From the NCBI RefSeq assembly GCF_006345805.1, contig NC_043001.1, forward strand, positions 127,162,001 to 127,226,000: a stretch of 64,000 nt of DNA, written 5' to 3'. The position numbers were made by a program, and so were the translations under genes. Below, in pieces: positions 25,925-40,194 of this stretch. Every line of letters begins with the position of its first letter. Position 1 is the stretch's first letter. The stretch comes from Octopus sinensis (Eukaryota). The notes beneath the pieces are model-generated. The model was not told the DNA's origin. It searched no databases and was given only the letters and a program-made list of their open reading frames with translations.

Positions 25925-26323
25925 TTACTACCCACAAGGGGCTAAACACAGAGGGGACAAACAAGGACGGACAAAGGGATTAAGTCGATTACATCGACCC
26001 CAGTGCGTAACTGGTACTTAATTTATCGACTCCGAATAGATGAAAGGCAAAGACGACCTCAGCGGAATTTGAACTTGGAACGTAACGGCAGACGAAATAC
26101 CTATTTCTTTATTACCCACAAGGGGCTAAACACAGAGGGGACAAACAAGGATAGACATAGGTATTAAGTCGATTACATCGACCCCAGTGCGTAACTGGTA
26201 CTTAATTTATCGACCCCGAATGGATGAAAGGCAAAGTCGACCTCGGCGGAATTTGAACTCGGAACGTAACGGCAGACGAAATACCGCTAAGCATTTCACC
26301 CGGCGTGCTAACGTTTCTGCCAG
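25925..26323 (-). mobile_element. Tandem dimer of SINE family C
   Basis: 5'-truncated copy 25925-26100 abutting a near-full copy 26101-26323. Confidence 0.85.
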
Positions 26324-27789
26324 TTATCTGTAAACCGATGATCTGGACCGAATGCTTGCTATGGAAAGTGAATTCCAAAAAAAAAAAAACACACCAAAAG
26401 ATCGGTTATTGGTGTTCAACCGAGCAACAGAATAAAAGCATTATCATTCAAGAACTCAGAACAGAAGGATATAAATATCGCAAGGCCTTTCATCCGACAT
26501 TCAATGAATTCCATCTATTCATCGTTCTGGACGGGAACTTCAGTTTACCAAAGATAAAAGGAAAAGGTGGCTTTGGCGATATTTAAACTTAGAGAGCAGG
26601 AAGTCGGACCAACTACCACTTTACACAGGTCCTGTTTACATGACTGCGAATTGAAACAGTAAATCCTCCGGCCATCCTGCGCTCATGTTCCCTTGCAGTA
26701 ATTGATAAAACACGTGCTCACAGCCGGAACAACATCGCCAACTGCAGCAGCAGTAGTAGTAGTATTGCGACGGTGGGGACAGCAGCGACGGCGGTTGTAA
26801 AATGTCATTTCGTACTATCAGATTTTCGGTTGTTCCTCGCAATCCTATGAGGTCCTCTCCTTTAATGATGAGAGCTTTGATAGCTATACGCTCCTATTTC
26901 GAACTCACAAGCTCAACTGCAAGGAAAGCACACACATACGCGCGCTCGTATTCAATGTAACGTTGTGAAACTGCTAAATATAGTTATTCAAAAGAAATGC
27001 TATTACGAATTGGTTTCCCGCTGATATTTTTTATCCTCAGCTCCAGCAGAAAAATTTCAGCTTTGCATTGAAAAATAGGTAAATATATTTGAAGCATACA
27101 ATGACTGTAATTATTTACAATTAAAAAAAAAAAGAAGTACTGCTACATTTGTACCAATTTATAACGCTGCATGTCTCGGTTATTTGATGTTAAGCTAAAC
27201 GGCTTTAGCAGCTATACATCAGAGCACAACGCCGGTCAGTAAAGTAAACCTGTTTTTATTATAGCCGTTTACCATGAGCTAATGAAGTGGCTTCTACTCG
27301 AGTCGACGAGAGAGTATCTCTGCATTACTTCATAAGCTAAAAGCAGCAGCCAAATGCCATCAGATTACACCATATCGATTTAGAAAATATGGTCATCAGA
27401 TCATATTTCCTGTGAAAAGATGTGGTGGTTATGGTCGGAACGTTTTTGAACATAGATCTTCTAAATCTATATTAGCTAAACGACAACAGCATTCTATTGA
27501 TCTTGAACTCATGTAAGAACATTTATATGGTCGCTCGATCAGCAAGGCGTATCAGCAATATTTCCCTGAAACCACACCCTATCATTTTAAAAAGAAAAGA
27601 ACAAATGGGATAATGTAGCCAGAGTATATTTTTCCTTTAAAAAAAAAACCGCGTGGTCATGATTCGAACGCCATTGAGACTATATTTCTTTGAAAACAAC
27701 CTTCTTTGTTTAATAAAAAGAAAAGTTACATAAATTTTAGTAACAGGACCAACACGTTCAAAAGCAAAATATGTTTAGTACTGGCATAA

Positions 27790-27990
27790 TACACAGCGCT
27801 TCAGAAAACATATTTATATTTGTTAAGACAACGTATTCTTACGAGATTAATAAAGGCTTATTACAGAACAGCATTGCAAAATGGTAAAAAGAAAAAAGGT
27901 TAAAAGAATAATGTACAACAATATCAACACAGAAATACAATCTAAAGAGAAAGACCGAGAAATCCAGTAAAATAAAATTCTGTGAGCATC
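27790..27990 (+). repeat. Dispersed repeat, second copy at ~31700-31900
   Basis: cttcag(a/g)aaacatatttata...atatcaacacagaaa...gagaaagaccgag in both. Confidence 0.6.
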
Positions 27991-28344
27991 AGAAGGTAAT
28001 GGACATCCTATTTTCCACACTGATCAGCTAGGTGGAATGCTATTGATCATATGTACGATCTATGAGGGATGATCTTAACAATATAATAGTAAAAATTCCA
28101 TCGTCTTGTTTAGCGTCACCACTTGATCCTTGTATCTTTTTAGCAGGTTCTACTCAATTGCAAGTATCTGGACTGGGTCGTAAATCTGAGGACCGCTCAT
28201 TATCTTGGTGCTGCTTCTTACTGTTGCAAACTACCAGCTGTTGAGGGTTTTCCCCCCACCTTTTCCTCTCTTACAGTCTCGGACACCTTAAATCAATGTA
28301 GCTGCTGGCCCTTCCTTCACTGACCACACACAAAAAAAGATATA

Positions 28345-28858
28345 CCGTAAATCTTCGAGTATAGTCCGCCCTTGAGTATAATACGCAGGGGATTTTTAGG
28401 GGGCTGTACCTCTGAAAACCTAAACCTTGTGTATGATACGCACTCCTTCTTTACTTAAGTCGTGCGTAATTAAGCCAGCAGCACCTAGTCGAACAAACAC
28501 TTCCGCGCATGCGTAATACAATAATGGTGATGTTCTTAACTGTTATATGGGAATGTAAACATGTTTGCAAATTGTTTTTGTTACATGTTATTCTGTGTTC
28601 TGAATACTTTTATTCTAATAAATGTTGTTTACTGCAAGTTATGGATGATTCTTTTATGACTTCATTGCTTTCAGGCTTAGCTTAAGGTATTTTCGCGCCC
28701 TACACCACAAAATGCGTCGGAATAAACATTGCCGGACAGCAAATATAGACATTGCTCAGAAAATATTTTTCATTTTTAAACTCGCATATATTACGCACTA
28801 GAGATTTTGACCTTTAAATTTTGGGGAAAAAATGCAGATTATACTCGAGGATTTATGG
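28345..28858. mobile_element. Tc2/pogo-like MITE, 514 bp
   Basis: TIRs ccgtaaatcttcgagtata / tatactcgaggatttatgg (17/19 match), TA duplication, no coding capacity. Confidence 0.8.
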
Positions 28859-28991
28859 TAACGTACGAGTAAATTTCGGAAACTGAATGTAGTAGACTGA
28901 CTGTATTAATCTGGATGTGAATATTAAAACGTACACAAGAGGGACTCGAACCAAACGAGTTGGATATTTTACCTGTTAAGTTTCTACTTAC

Positions 28992-29055
28992 ATGGAAAAT
29001 TAATGATTTGTTCATATCCGTTGTCGTTGATGAGCGCAACAGCTTTCTCGCACAT
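28992..29055 (-). CDS. LBP/BPI: LBP/BPI exon d (64 nt, phase 0/1): MCEKAVALINDNGYEQIINFP
   Basis: Acceptor ctttatttgacag, donor gtaagt. xCEK motif carries the second conserved Cys (human VCEKVT...QTLP, a 64-nt exon as recalled). Confidence 0.9.
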
Positions 29056-29334
29056 CTGTCAAATAAAGTGAAACATTTGTCACATGAATCATTTATGAAT
29101 ATTCCTCCCTACTATAGGTACAAGGCTTGAAAAATCTGGGGAGTGCGTTGATCATATCGACTCTAGTGCTTTGATACTTATGTTAAAGACTCCGAAAAGA
29201 TGAAAGGCAAATTTGACCTCGGCGGAATTTGATCTCAGAAAGTAAGGATGCACGAAATACCACTCACCGCTTTGTTCGGCATGCTAATGATTCTGCCATC
29301 TCACCGCCTAAATCTCTATCGATATATATATATA

Positions 29335-29459
<125 letters not shown>

Positions 29460-30810
29460 ATATATATATCAAATTACAACTGAACGCGACGTGTTCCAGT
29501 GTTACACTTTTAACAACGTTAATATGTGGCACGAAATCGAAGACATGATCAAAGCATATATGCACGTGTATATGTGTGTGTACGTAGATACAAAGGGACT
29601 TAATTCAAATTTGAACTGGCACAGGCCCAATCACCTGTACCAAATTGTTAATGGATAAACTTCGAAGTTACAATTCCACGTGCTTCTATTTAATAATTGT
29701 TTAAAATCATCACGTCCCGAGTCTTTTTCAGTGAATGTCATTTGTTTTTTTATACACACAGATACACACAATTGTCGTTTATATATTTATTTTTCGTTAG
29801 GTATTTGTATCACTTTAGATTTTAGTAATTTACGCTGTTTTATTCAAACGCTGTTTACCTTGCAATCTTAATTTTGGCGTTACTAGACGTATTCTTCTGT
29901 GTTGCTTTTTGAGAATTCGTATCTCACTTATGTGAATATCTGTATATATATATGCTTCAAATATATGTTTCATATATATATATATATTAATATATATATA
30001 TATACATGCATACACACATACACATATGCACATACACATGCACACATGGGGACAGGACGCCACGGAACGCAAACAACATGAAATACGAAACACGAAAACA
30101 TGGAATACGAACTTTTTTGCGAACAACGAAGGAAATAAATGGAAAACAAACAACATAAAGAATAACCCTTCATCAGTTGTCGGCTGTTTTTCTACTCTGT
30201 ATTTCGAGCAATTCACGACAAGATACGTCTTCGGCAAAACAGTTGCTCCCGCAAAGCAAATTAAATAAAATTTGGGATTTTGCGGAGGGTCAAAATTGGT
30301 AACAAAAACAGGACAGTGAAAACAAACAGGAAGGGCTGCTAAGCCTAAACGAGGTGGAGTGGCGAACGCTGAATGAACAAGCTCTGACAGGAGACAGGCA
30401 AGAGTGCGCCTTATCCCCGTGGCTCATCAGAAGGAAAGAAAGAACTCAAGTAGGAAAAGAAAGATGGCCGGTGGTCACGTGTGAGCAACGAAAGAATAAA
30501 GGAGGAAGAGTGAGGAAGAGAGAAGGGAGAGATACAGAACGATAAGGGAGAGGAAAAGAATTGGAGAAAGGAAGAGAGAGGACACAAAAGAGAAATAGAG
30601 CAGAACAAGTGTCGCATCAGAATTATTAAGATAAAACTTACTTGGAAATGGATGCGTAGTGTTCAATCATATTATAATATAAATAATATATATACACATG
30701 CATACACACATACATATATGCATACACACACATACATACACACACACATATATATATGCGCAATTATATATTTATATATACTTATATATAACACTGTCCT
30801 GTTTTTGTCA

Positions 30811-30862
<52 letters not shown>

Positions 30863-31033
30863 TGTATTTATATATACTTATATATATAAAATTATATATT
30901 TATATATAATTATATATATATACTATTATATATTTACATATAATTATATATATGTTTATATGTATGTGTATATGTGCGTGTGTGTGTGCGTGTGTGTATA
31001 CATGTAAATATATATTCTTTTTCTCTCCCTCGT

Positions 31034-31072
<39 letters not shown>

Positions 31073-31282
31073 AACAAACAAACAAATAAACAACAATAAA
31101 AACGGCAAAATTAATCAGAAACAAACGAAAACATGTCTTATCCCTTGAAATTCCAACAACATAAGAGACACATACATTTTTAAAGGGTTCCTCCTTTGTT
31201 TAATAATAATAAGAAAAGGAAATGGATAACATAGGTTTTAGAAACAAAACCAAGGCATTTCAAAACAAAATACGCTTAGTAC

Positions 31283-31687
31283 AGGCGCAGGAGTGGCTGT
31301 GTGGTAAGTAGCTTGTTTACCAACCACATGGTTCCGGGTTCAGTCCCACTGCGTGGCACCTTGGGCAGGTGTCTTCTACTATAGCCTCGGGCCGACCAAA
31401 GCCTAGTGAGTGGATTTGGTAGACGGAAACTGAAAGAAGCCCGTTGTATATATGTATATATATATATGTGTGTGTTTGTGTGAGTGTGTTTGTCCCCCTA
31501 GCATTGCTTGACAACCGACGCTGGTGTGTTTATGTCCCCGTTACTTTGCGGTTCGGCAAAAGAGACCGATAGAATAAGTACTGGGCTTACAAAAGAATAA
31601 GTCCCGGGGTCGAGTTGCTCGATTAAAGGTGGTGCTCCAGCATGGCCGCAGTCAAATGACTGAAACAAGTAAAAGAGTAAAAGAGTA
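31283..31687 (+). mobile_element. SINE family B
   Basis: Full copy with (gagtaaaa) tail repeats. Confidence 0.9.
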
Positions 31688-32794
31688 CAGACATGATGAT
31701 CATAAGCTCTTCAGGAAACATATTTATAATCGTTGATAAGACAAGGAATTTTTTTAGAGATTAACAAAAGCTTATTTGAGTAAGACATCAGAAAATGCTA
31801 AAAAAATGCTAACCGAATCATAAATAACGATATCAACACAGAAAAACAGTCTACAGAGAAAGACCGAGCAATCCAATGAATTAAAAATAGCCTGAGAGGC
31901 AAGTAAGTTTAAAGTAGATTTTAATTCACTAAAAGTGCTACTGACTTCTACAAGTAAAACTGTCGGAGATAACAGTTTACGAAGTACCTACAGTAGTAAC
32001 TGAAATAGTCTGGAGCTGATTTAAGCTGTAGAATCGGGAAGAGATTTAACTATTTCGATTGTTTACGCCCGATAAATAAATTACCAGTTAAATAATAGAG
32101 TCGATATAACCGACTGATTTCCTCCCTCATATTTCTGGCGTTGTGTTTGTCAAGCATAATTACACTGTACAGCAATTTTTTTTTCTCTCTTTGGTCAGTA
32201 AGTGTTATTTTCCTATTTGCTTCTATCTAGAAATCAAAGGAAATTACCTTCAGGTTTTGCTTTTGTCACTTGGACATCAAGGTTTTGAAACTGACCTATT
32301 TTCCATTACATTTCAGACAGATTCAGTGTTGAGTTGCTGAAGCAGAAATATCGTTATAGCAAACATTCTGTTCAATACCACAGATTTACTTGTCAGTTGC
32401 TTGACCTTAACAATTCGGGCATGTCCCTTTGTGGCTGAAAATATGTGCATCTCTGATCATGAGCAAGAGTAGTGAGGGAGCATCATAGTCATGTGTTGAG
32501 AGGGATTCTTTAGGGTTTGAATAAATGTAACAAAAGCAAAGTTTAAAGGAAATATAAGCCACTTTTCATATTTTCTCTGAGTAAACAAATACGAAATAAC
32601 TAAAGTCGTGTTACACAGCGTTATGATAGCCTGAAGGGCTGCTGAGTGGGTGAATTGTAAGAGCTTTAAAGAAAATAACTTTACGTTCTAAGTTCAAATC
32701 CCGTGGAGTAGATGAAAAACACGGACAACTAAAGAAAGGAAATATTCTTTATGTTGTATGTCTCGTTTCTCTATTTTTCTTTTTTCGTTCTTTC

Positions 32795-33527
<733 letters not shown>

Positions 33528-33720
33528 GCCCTCTCGGTATTACCCACAGTCATTCGGACAGCCACTGTCACTAGCTATGGCGATGATACAAAATTATTAT
33601 CGGCAATAAAAAACCAAGATGATGCCACAAGCGTACAGCGGGAACTGAACTCAGTATACGAGTGGGCCGAAATAAACAACGTGCTGTTCAATGCTGGAAA
33701 ATTTCAAGCACTTCTCTATC
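33528..33720 (+). pseudogene. CR1/L2-group RT fragment
   Basis: SYGDDTKL...[23 protein letters not shown]. Confidence 0.75.
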
Positions 33721-33859
33721 AGCTCACAAATACAGTACAACCTACAGCGTCACAGGCAGTGAAAGCCTTAGGGATCAATATGTGAAATGTCGCATCATTT
33801 TTTATGCACATAAGCAAGATGGCAGCAAAGTACAGACAACTGGCACGATAGATGCTGAG

Positions 33860-34362
33860 ACCAAGAAACTATGCTGATCCCATGAAAAACCTTTTTTCTC
33901 AGCCACCTGGACGATTGCTCCCTGTTATGGTTTCCTCATAGTGCCAAACTAACAGCGATGTGCCACAGTTCTGATAGTCCACTCTGACACCCGAAATTCT
34001 TTAGCAACGGACCTCATTGGGGTTTTCATTGATAATGTTTTGAACATGTGGTATACATTCCGGTGTCCTTTTAGTGACTGAAAGTTGTGAATGTTTTTTT
34101 CTCTTTGATACAGGTGAACCATTACAATCACATGCCTCCAATTCCAACCGAACTTTGTGTACAACTGATCTTGCAACATTTAGAAAGTTGCTAATTTCTA
34201 AATCTCTGTGGTTTGCAAGTATAGCAACTATGACTGTTTGTCTTTTAATTTCTTGAGTTAGCATGATATCTTGAAAGGGTTATCTGGAAAAAGAAAATGA
34301 AGCATTAAATAGTTTGGTGTAATGAACTAAAAACGAAATGTCCTCAAATAACTCTCCGAACC

Positions 34363-34365
<3 letters not shown>
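33860..34365 (-). mobile_element. Tc1/mariner (maT-like) 5' fragment with left TIR and helix-turn-helix region
   Basis: TA-cagggttcggagag end; MLTQEIKRQTVIVAILANH...EISNFLNVARSVVHKV; MRSVAKEFRVSEWTIR. Confidence 0.75.
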
Positions 34366-34429
<64 letters not shown>

Positions 34430-35462
34430 TATGTGAGTCTTTGTGTTTGTATTTGTCCTCTACCACCGTTTAACAACCGGTGTTAATTTGTTGTCGTTCC
34501 TGCAACTTAGTGGTTCAGCAATAAGTAACTGATAAAGTATCAGGCTTTAAAACATGAATACTGGCGTCTATTTGTTTGACTAAGAACTTCAAGGCGGTGC
34601 CCCAGTATGGCCACAGTCCAATGGCTGAAACAATTAGAAGGTGACAGAAAGCAGATGATAGTATTACGCAACTGTAAGGCTTTCGGTTGGTAATTCAAAA
34701 TATTTGACCAAATATTTTTATTTGTGGCTAGAAAAATATATCACTAACCGTTCGTTCGGAACTTTCATATAACTGTAACTTTGAATTGAATTCTTTACAC
34801 ATCTTAGGTTTGTTTAGTCAGTTATGTAACTCCTTCCTGTCTACATGCACTCATATATACACACACATATATACACGTATCGAGAGAGATGCAAAATAGA
34901 CTCGCTTACATATATCGCACACAAACAGACAAAGACTCTATTGAAATATAAACACACACACACACACACACACATGTATGTATGTATTCATATATCACAG
35001 ATCTTATTCTCAATCGTTCCTTATCTACCGACCTATCTATCTCTTCTCTACCTCTCTCTCTTTCATTCTTTCTCACTTATATATACATTCTATATCCAAT
35101 CCTCAAGCACACACACACACACACACAGAATTATACTTTAAATAAAAGCACACACACATATAAATATTCGCATGTTTGTGTATGTGTGGTCGTGTTGTAT
35201 ATACCACTTATGTTTATTTCTTGAGAATGTTTCGCATATCTGTTGATTTTTGTCAGGAGTAAGTCTCGTAAAAATACATACAAGTTATATAGGGTTTCAT
35301 GAACGAGAAATACTAGACAGTGGTGAGGTAGAGGAAGGAGGGGGAGTTGAATAAAGATAAGATAAAGAAGAGCAGGTAAAATGCTATCAAGAGAATGAAA
35401 CTAGAAAGGAAATTCCGAAAGACGCCCTCTGTATAGATAAATGTAAATTTATATATATATAT

Positions 35463-35816
35463 AGGCGCAGGAGTGGCTGTGTGGTAAGTAGCTTGCTAAC
35501 CAACCACATGGTTCCGGGTTCAGTCCCACTATAGCCCCGGGCCGACCAATGCCTTGTGAGTGGATTTGGTAGACGGAAACTGAAAGAAGCCTGTCGTATA
35601 TATATATATGTATGTGTATGTGTTTGTCCCCCTAACATTGCTTGACAACCGATGCTGGTGTGTTTACGTCCCCGTCACTTAGCGGTTCGGCAAAAAGAGA
35701 CCGATAGAATAAGTACTGGGCTTACAAAGAATAAGTCCCGGGGTCGATTTGCTCGACTAAGGCGGTGCTCCAGCATGGCCGCAGTCAAATGACTGAAACA
35801 AAAGAGTAAAAGAGTA
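35463..35816 (+). mobile_element. SINE family B with ~30-nt internal deletion
   Basis: cagtcccact joined directly to atagccccggg. Confidence 0.9.
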
Positions 35817-35820
35817 TACA

Positions 35821-35896
<76 letters not shown>

Positions 35897-36206
35897 ACAA
35901 GCACACGCTTGTACAAAAACATTTCCCTATTCATGAGGGAATGTTTCTGTGAGAGCGTATGTATATGTTCTCCCTCCCCACCACCACCACCACCAACACC
36001 ATTTGACAGCCAGTGTTGGTGTAGTTACATCCCCGCAAATTAGCGGCTCGGCAAAAAAGATCGATACAATAATTGCCATGCTTTAAAAATAAGCCCTGAT
36101 GTAGATTTGTTCGACTAAAACCTTTCAAAGCGGTGCCCCAGCATAGCCGAACAATTATTTCCCCCACCCCCACCCCCCCACACACACATAAATAAGTGGT
36201 GTGTGT

Positions 36207-36260
<54 letters not shown>

Positions 36261-36743
36261 TAATTGTTTTTGAGAATATATCGAAGCATCCGCATAAACC
36301 TATAAATAAGGATTTCAACCTTTGGCACAAGGATAGCAATATTAAGAGATTAGATAAATCTATTTCTTCGACTCCAGTGTTTAACTAGTACTTAGTTTAT
36401 CGATCACCGAAAGGATGAAAGGCAAAGTCGACCTCAGCCGAATTTGAACAACTCACAACGTAAAAGACGGGCGAAATGCCGCTAAGCATTCTATAAGCTC
36501 ACTGCCCTTGATATGGCATAAATGATAGCATGCACAGTGTAAATATTGGTAGAAAATCTCTTTTAATAGAAAAAAGCGAAGCTGTTCTACTAATATATAT
36601 AAAGAGTGAGAGAGAGAGTTACTAAATAGATATATAGATAGATCGATGATAGATAGATAGATAGATAGATAGATAGAGAGATAGATAGAAGATAGATGAT
36701 AGATAGATAGATAGATAGATAGAGATAGATAGAAGATAGATAG

Positions 36744-36836
<93 letters not shown>

Positions 36837-36837
<1 letters not shown>

Positions 36838-37145
36838 TGTTTCCAGGGCTGCACACAGACAGGACAAATTACAAGGTAGAGCTTTTCTTTTTGGGGTAAA
36901 AAAAAGGGGGTTTGGTTTTCGATCAAAAGGGATCGTAAAGGGAAAGAAAGAGGACAAAAAAAGGGGGGAATAAAATTAAAAAATTTAAAAAAGGTGGAGG
37001 AAAGGGAAAGGAAAAAATTGATCAATAGGGATCGTTATCACAGAAATGTCAATATGAAGTGTAAAGGGGAGGACATGTAAGGTTTACCCGTGGAAAGAAA
37101 AGCCTACGGAAAAGACCACGGTAACCTCGGTCAATGAAGTCACAT
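36837..37145 (-). mobile_element. 5'-truncated copy (3' UTR only) of the Tx1 element
   Basis: Matches 17423-17767; long (GATA)n at the 3' junction, short ATAG/TA repeats at the 5' junction. Confidence 0.9.
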
Positions 37146-37389
37146 AGATATATATATATTATATAGATAGATAGAGGAGAGAGAGAGAGAGAGATAAGTG
37201 AGAGGAATTCTAAGGGATACAATGTTTATTTCTATCCAACGTCTCAACTTCATCTTCTGTAAATATTATAGTCCCTACATATATATAAATACTTTCTCAG
37301 AACCTTGAGTGTAACATCTATATCATCAACAAATAAGTTTTTAGAGAGATTTCTAGTTAGGCTATTGGTTTTACTGATATTGTAATTAG

Positions 37390-38410
37390 GGTTCTATCAT
37401 TCACTTGGACTCCTTTCTTGATTGTACCACCACTTCCCTTTTCGCACGACTGGGAATTCTCCCGTTGCGGTATCACCTGTAATTAGCTTCTACCAAAAGG
37501 CCCCCGAACAAGTCGGGCATGTGAAGATAAAGCTTGTAGTGCAGACTGTCCTGCCCTGGCCACTTCTCGCACGCGCAGCCATCCAACACTTTTCATATTT
37601 TGTCAACCGTTATCGGCGTTTCGCAAAACTTTGTATCCTAAAACCGAGAGCAATGGCAGGCCGTCGAGGCATGTGATAAAGTCTACCTCATTTTCGGTCG
37701 CAGTCCACTCGCAAATTATTAATCTAAATTCCACTGAGAAGCTGCACACATCTTGGAATCGAGGAGTAAGCACTGCCCTGATCCATCAAAGACTGAATTG
37801 TGGCTTTATCTCCACGTTGCGCCTCGGCCACCGGGACTATCAAACGGCTTTCGTTCCCTCATGCCTTCGAGCACACGTCCTAGCTGACAACGCTACCTCA
37901 TGCTGGGTTTTAAAGAATCTATCAAGAGCCAATATCACAGCCAGCTCGTTAGACGCAATAACTTTCTTAAGCGCTCTTCCAGATCACTAACTAGCTCCTC
38001 CTCTACTGTAGGATTCTCTATTTTCTTACTAAACCCAATCAATCAATTCTAATCTAATAGTCCTTTCAAGGACAACCACCATCGGTTGTTGACAGTTGGC
38101 TCTATCAGTTTCCCCTTAACTCCCCCTAATCAGTAAGCTTGGTGCGCCGAGAGCGATGCATTCATCTTCCAATATCCGGGACATTGCCTATGAAACCCAT
38201 CCATGTCGACCGCACAGATCACAAATTTATTGACAGTGTAGCCGATGATTTTAAATTGTTGACAATTAATGATATCCCTATCTGCTTGCTGGCCGACAGA
38301 ATACTCTATCTAGATACGATCTGGATGACCATATGCTGTTTGCCCATGTCCACATTGGTACATTCAGGAAATCGATTCGGTTCCTGTCAGGCAGTTGGAA
38401 ACGACCTTGT
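37390..38410 (-). mobile_element. Old divergent Tx1-like ORF2 fragment (endonuclease end to RT start)
   Basis: Collinear similarity to 19730-20760, e.g. WTWANSIWSSRSYLDRVFCR vs WTWSNRSGSSRSYLDRILCR. Confidence 0.7.
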
Positions 38411-39324
38411 ATCGATGGAAGAAGTTGATCTCGTCGGGATTTGAACTCAGAACGTAAAGAGCCAGAACATACACCACAAAGCATTTGTCCAACACTCAAA
38501 CAACTCCGCCAATTCAACGCAATAAAGAATCAAAAATATATCAATGTATATGAGATACTTCATGTCATCGACCCCGGAAGGATGAAAGGAAAAGTTGATT
38601 TTGGCGGGATTTGAACACAGAACGAAAAAAGCTAGAGTAAATACTGCAAGACCTTTTTTTTCCGACACTAACGATTCTGCCCATCGACGGCAATAAAAAT
38701 AACAAAACAACTAACTGGCACTAGCAAAATATCTAATAATAACATCCGAAGCACTCATCCGATGATAAGCAAAATGATCTGATGTTTCATGCTCACATGA
38801 CAGTTGCCAACGACTCAATGTTGATTACAATAGATGAATAATACGAGTTGCTGGAGATGCGCTTCTAGGCATTTACAAAGAAGCAGGGTTTGTTCTGACA
38901 CATACTTTGTCATCAAATTTAACACCCAATTAGAGACGAAAATTATCCCTTTGAAACCGTGTTAATATTACACAAACTATACAACATAAATACAGATTGC
39001 GGTGCTTCTGGGTTACTTTGCTTTCGTTTTGTGTTTGTTTGTTTGGTTTTTCTTTCAAACGACAAAACTAATCTTTTGTAAAAGTCTTTAAGGTTACTTA
39101 AATCCTTGTCAGGTTAAATAAAGAGCTTTGAAAGCCTCAATAGTGTCAAGGAAAAACAAAAGTAGATTTATTCGCAATATTCCTATTTAAATATGCCCAC
39201 ATGAAGCAGACACGTTAATTTCAGGTAATTTTTTCTTTTCTTTTTCATGGCTCCAGCGCGTTTAGATGTTAACTGAAAGGTCGGTAGTTCGAACTTAGTA
39301 ATAGTTGCTAATGTAATAAATTTT

Positions 39325-39780
39325 AAGCGCGAACTAGCAGAGTCATTGAAGTGTCGGAAAAATGCCTTGCAGTATTTGCTCCGATTCTTGACATTCTGAG
39401 TTCAAATCTCACCGAGGTCAACTGTACCTTTCGTGGTCGATGCAATACAGTACCATTCAAAGCACTGGGGTCGGCGATATCGGCAAACCACCTCCTCTCA
39501 AAATTGCTGGCTTTGTGCCAAAACTGTAAACCATTATTACTTAAATTAAAAATTTTTTCCTGGATATTGATATTAGGCTGTTTTGATATTGGCTTCAAAT
39601 TTAGGCACATGGCCAGTAATTTCGAGTGCGTGGGTAAATCGATTGCATCGACCTTAGTGTTCAATTGGGACTTATTTTATGGACTCTGAAAGGATGAAAG
39701 GCAAAGTCGACCTCTGAGGAATTTGATCTTAGAACGTAAAGACAAACGAAATGTCCTTAAGCATTTTTACCAGCATGAAG
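39325..39780. mobile_element. Two degenerate SINE-C copies, tail-to-tail
   Basis: 39325-39560 (+) and 39590-39780 (-). Further decayed copies lie near 23270, 23870, 24110, 29130, 36370, 38420, 38560, 52370 and 57550. Confidence 0.7.
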
Positions 39781-40194
39781 CCGAAATACTAAAGATAAAA
39801 TTATATTTATTCTTTTATTTTGCTTAATGAGGTTTCAATTAGGGAAGAGAGAAAATAAGATAGAGAAAGGGAGAAGGAATTAACAGGAAAGGTGCAAGAT
39901 GAGTACACAGACCAGCCTTGGTGGAAATGAGTAAAAGAGCGCTATATACACGCACTGTGGAGAGAAAAAGAAGTCGTAGAAATTGAAGAGATATGAATAG
40001 AGTAGATATGAAAGGTGTTATACAACTGAGAACTATTTTATTACCTCCACCGTAACGCTTTTGTTTTTTTTATCTGTGGACAAGATAACTCAAGAAACGC
40101 TGGATGGATTCGGATGAAACTTTCAGGGATGTTTGGCCTCGGAACTAGCACGAACTGATCAGATTTTGGAATCAATCCGGTAGTCGAAGAATAC

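Noticed and set aside
26340-26560. Possible GIY-YIG remnant (GYWCSTEQQ...)
   Set aside because: Too degenerate to support without a profile search.
30395-30435. Minus-strand CTGATGA-GCC...GGC hairpin resembling a hammerhead
   Set aside because: GAAA is replaced by GCAC and stem I is not recoverable; at best a dead Penelope remnant.
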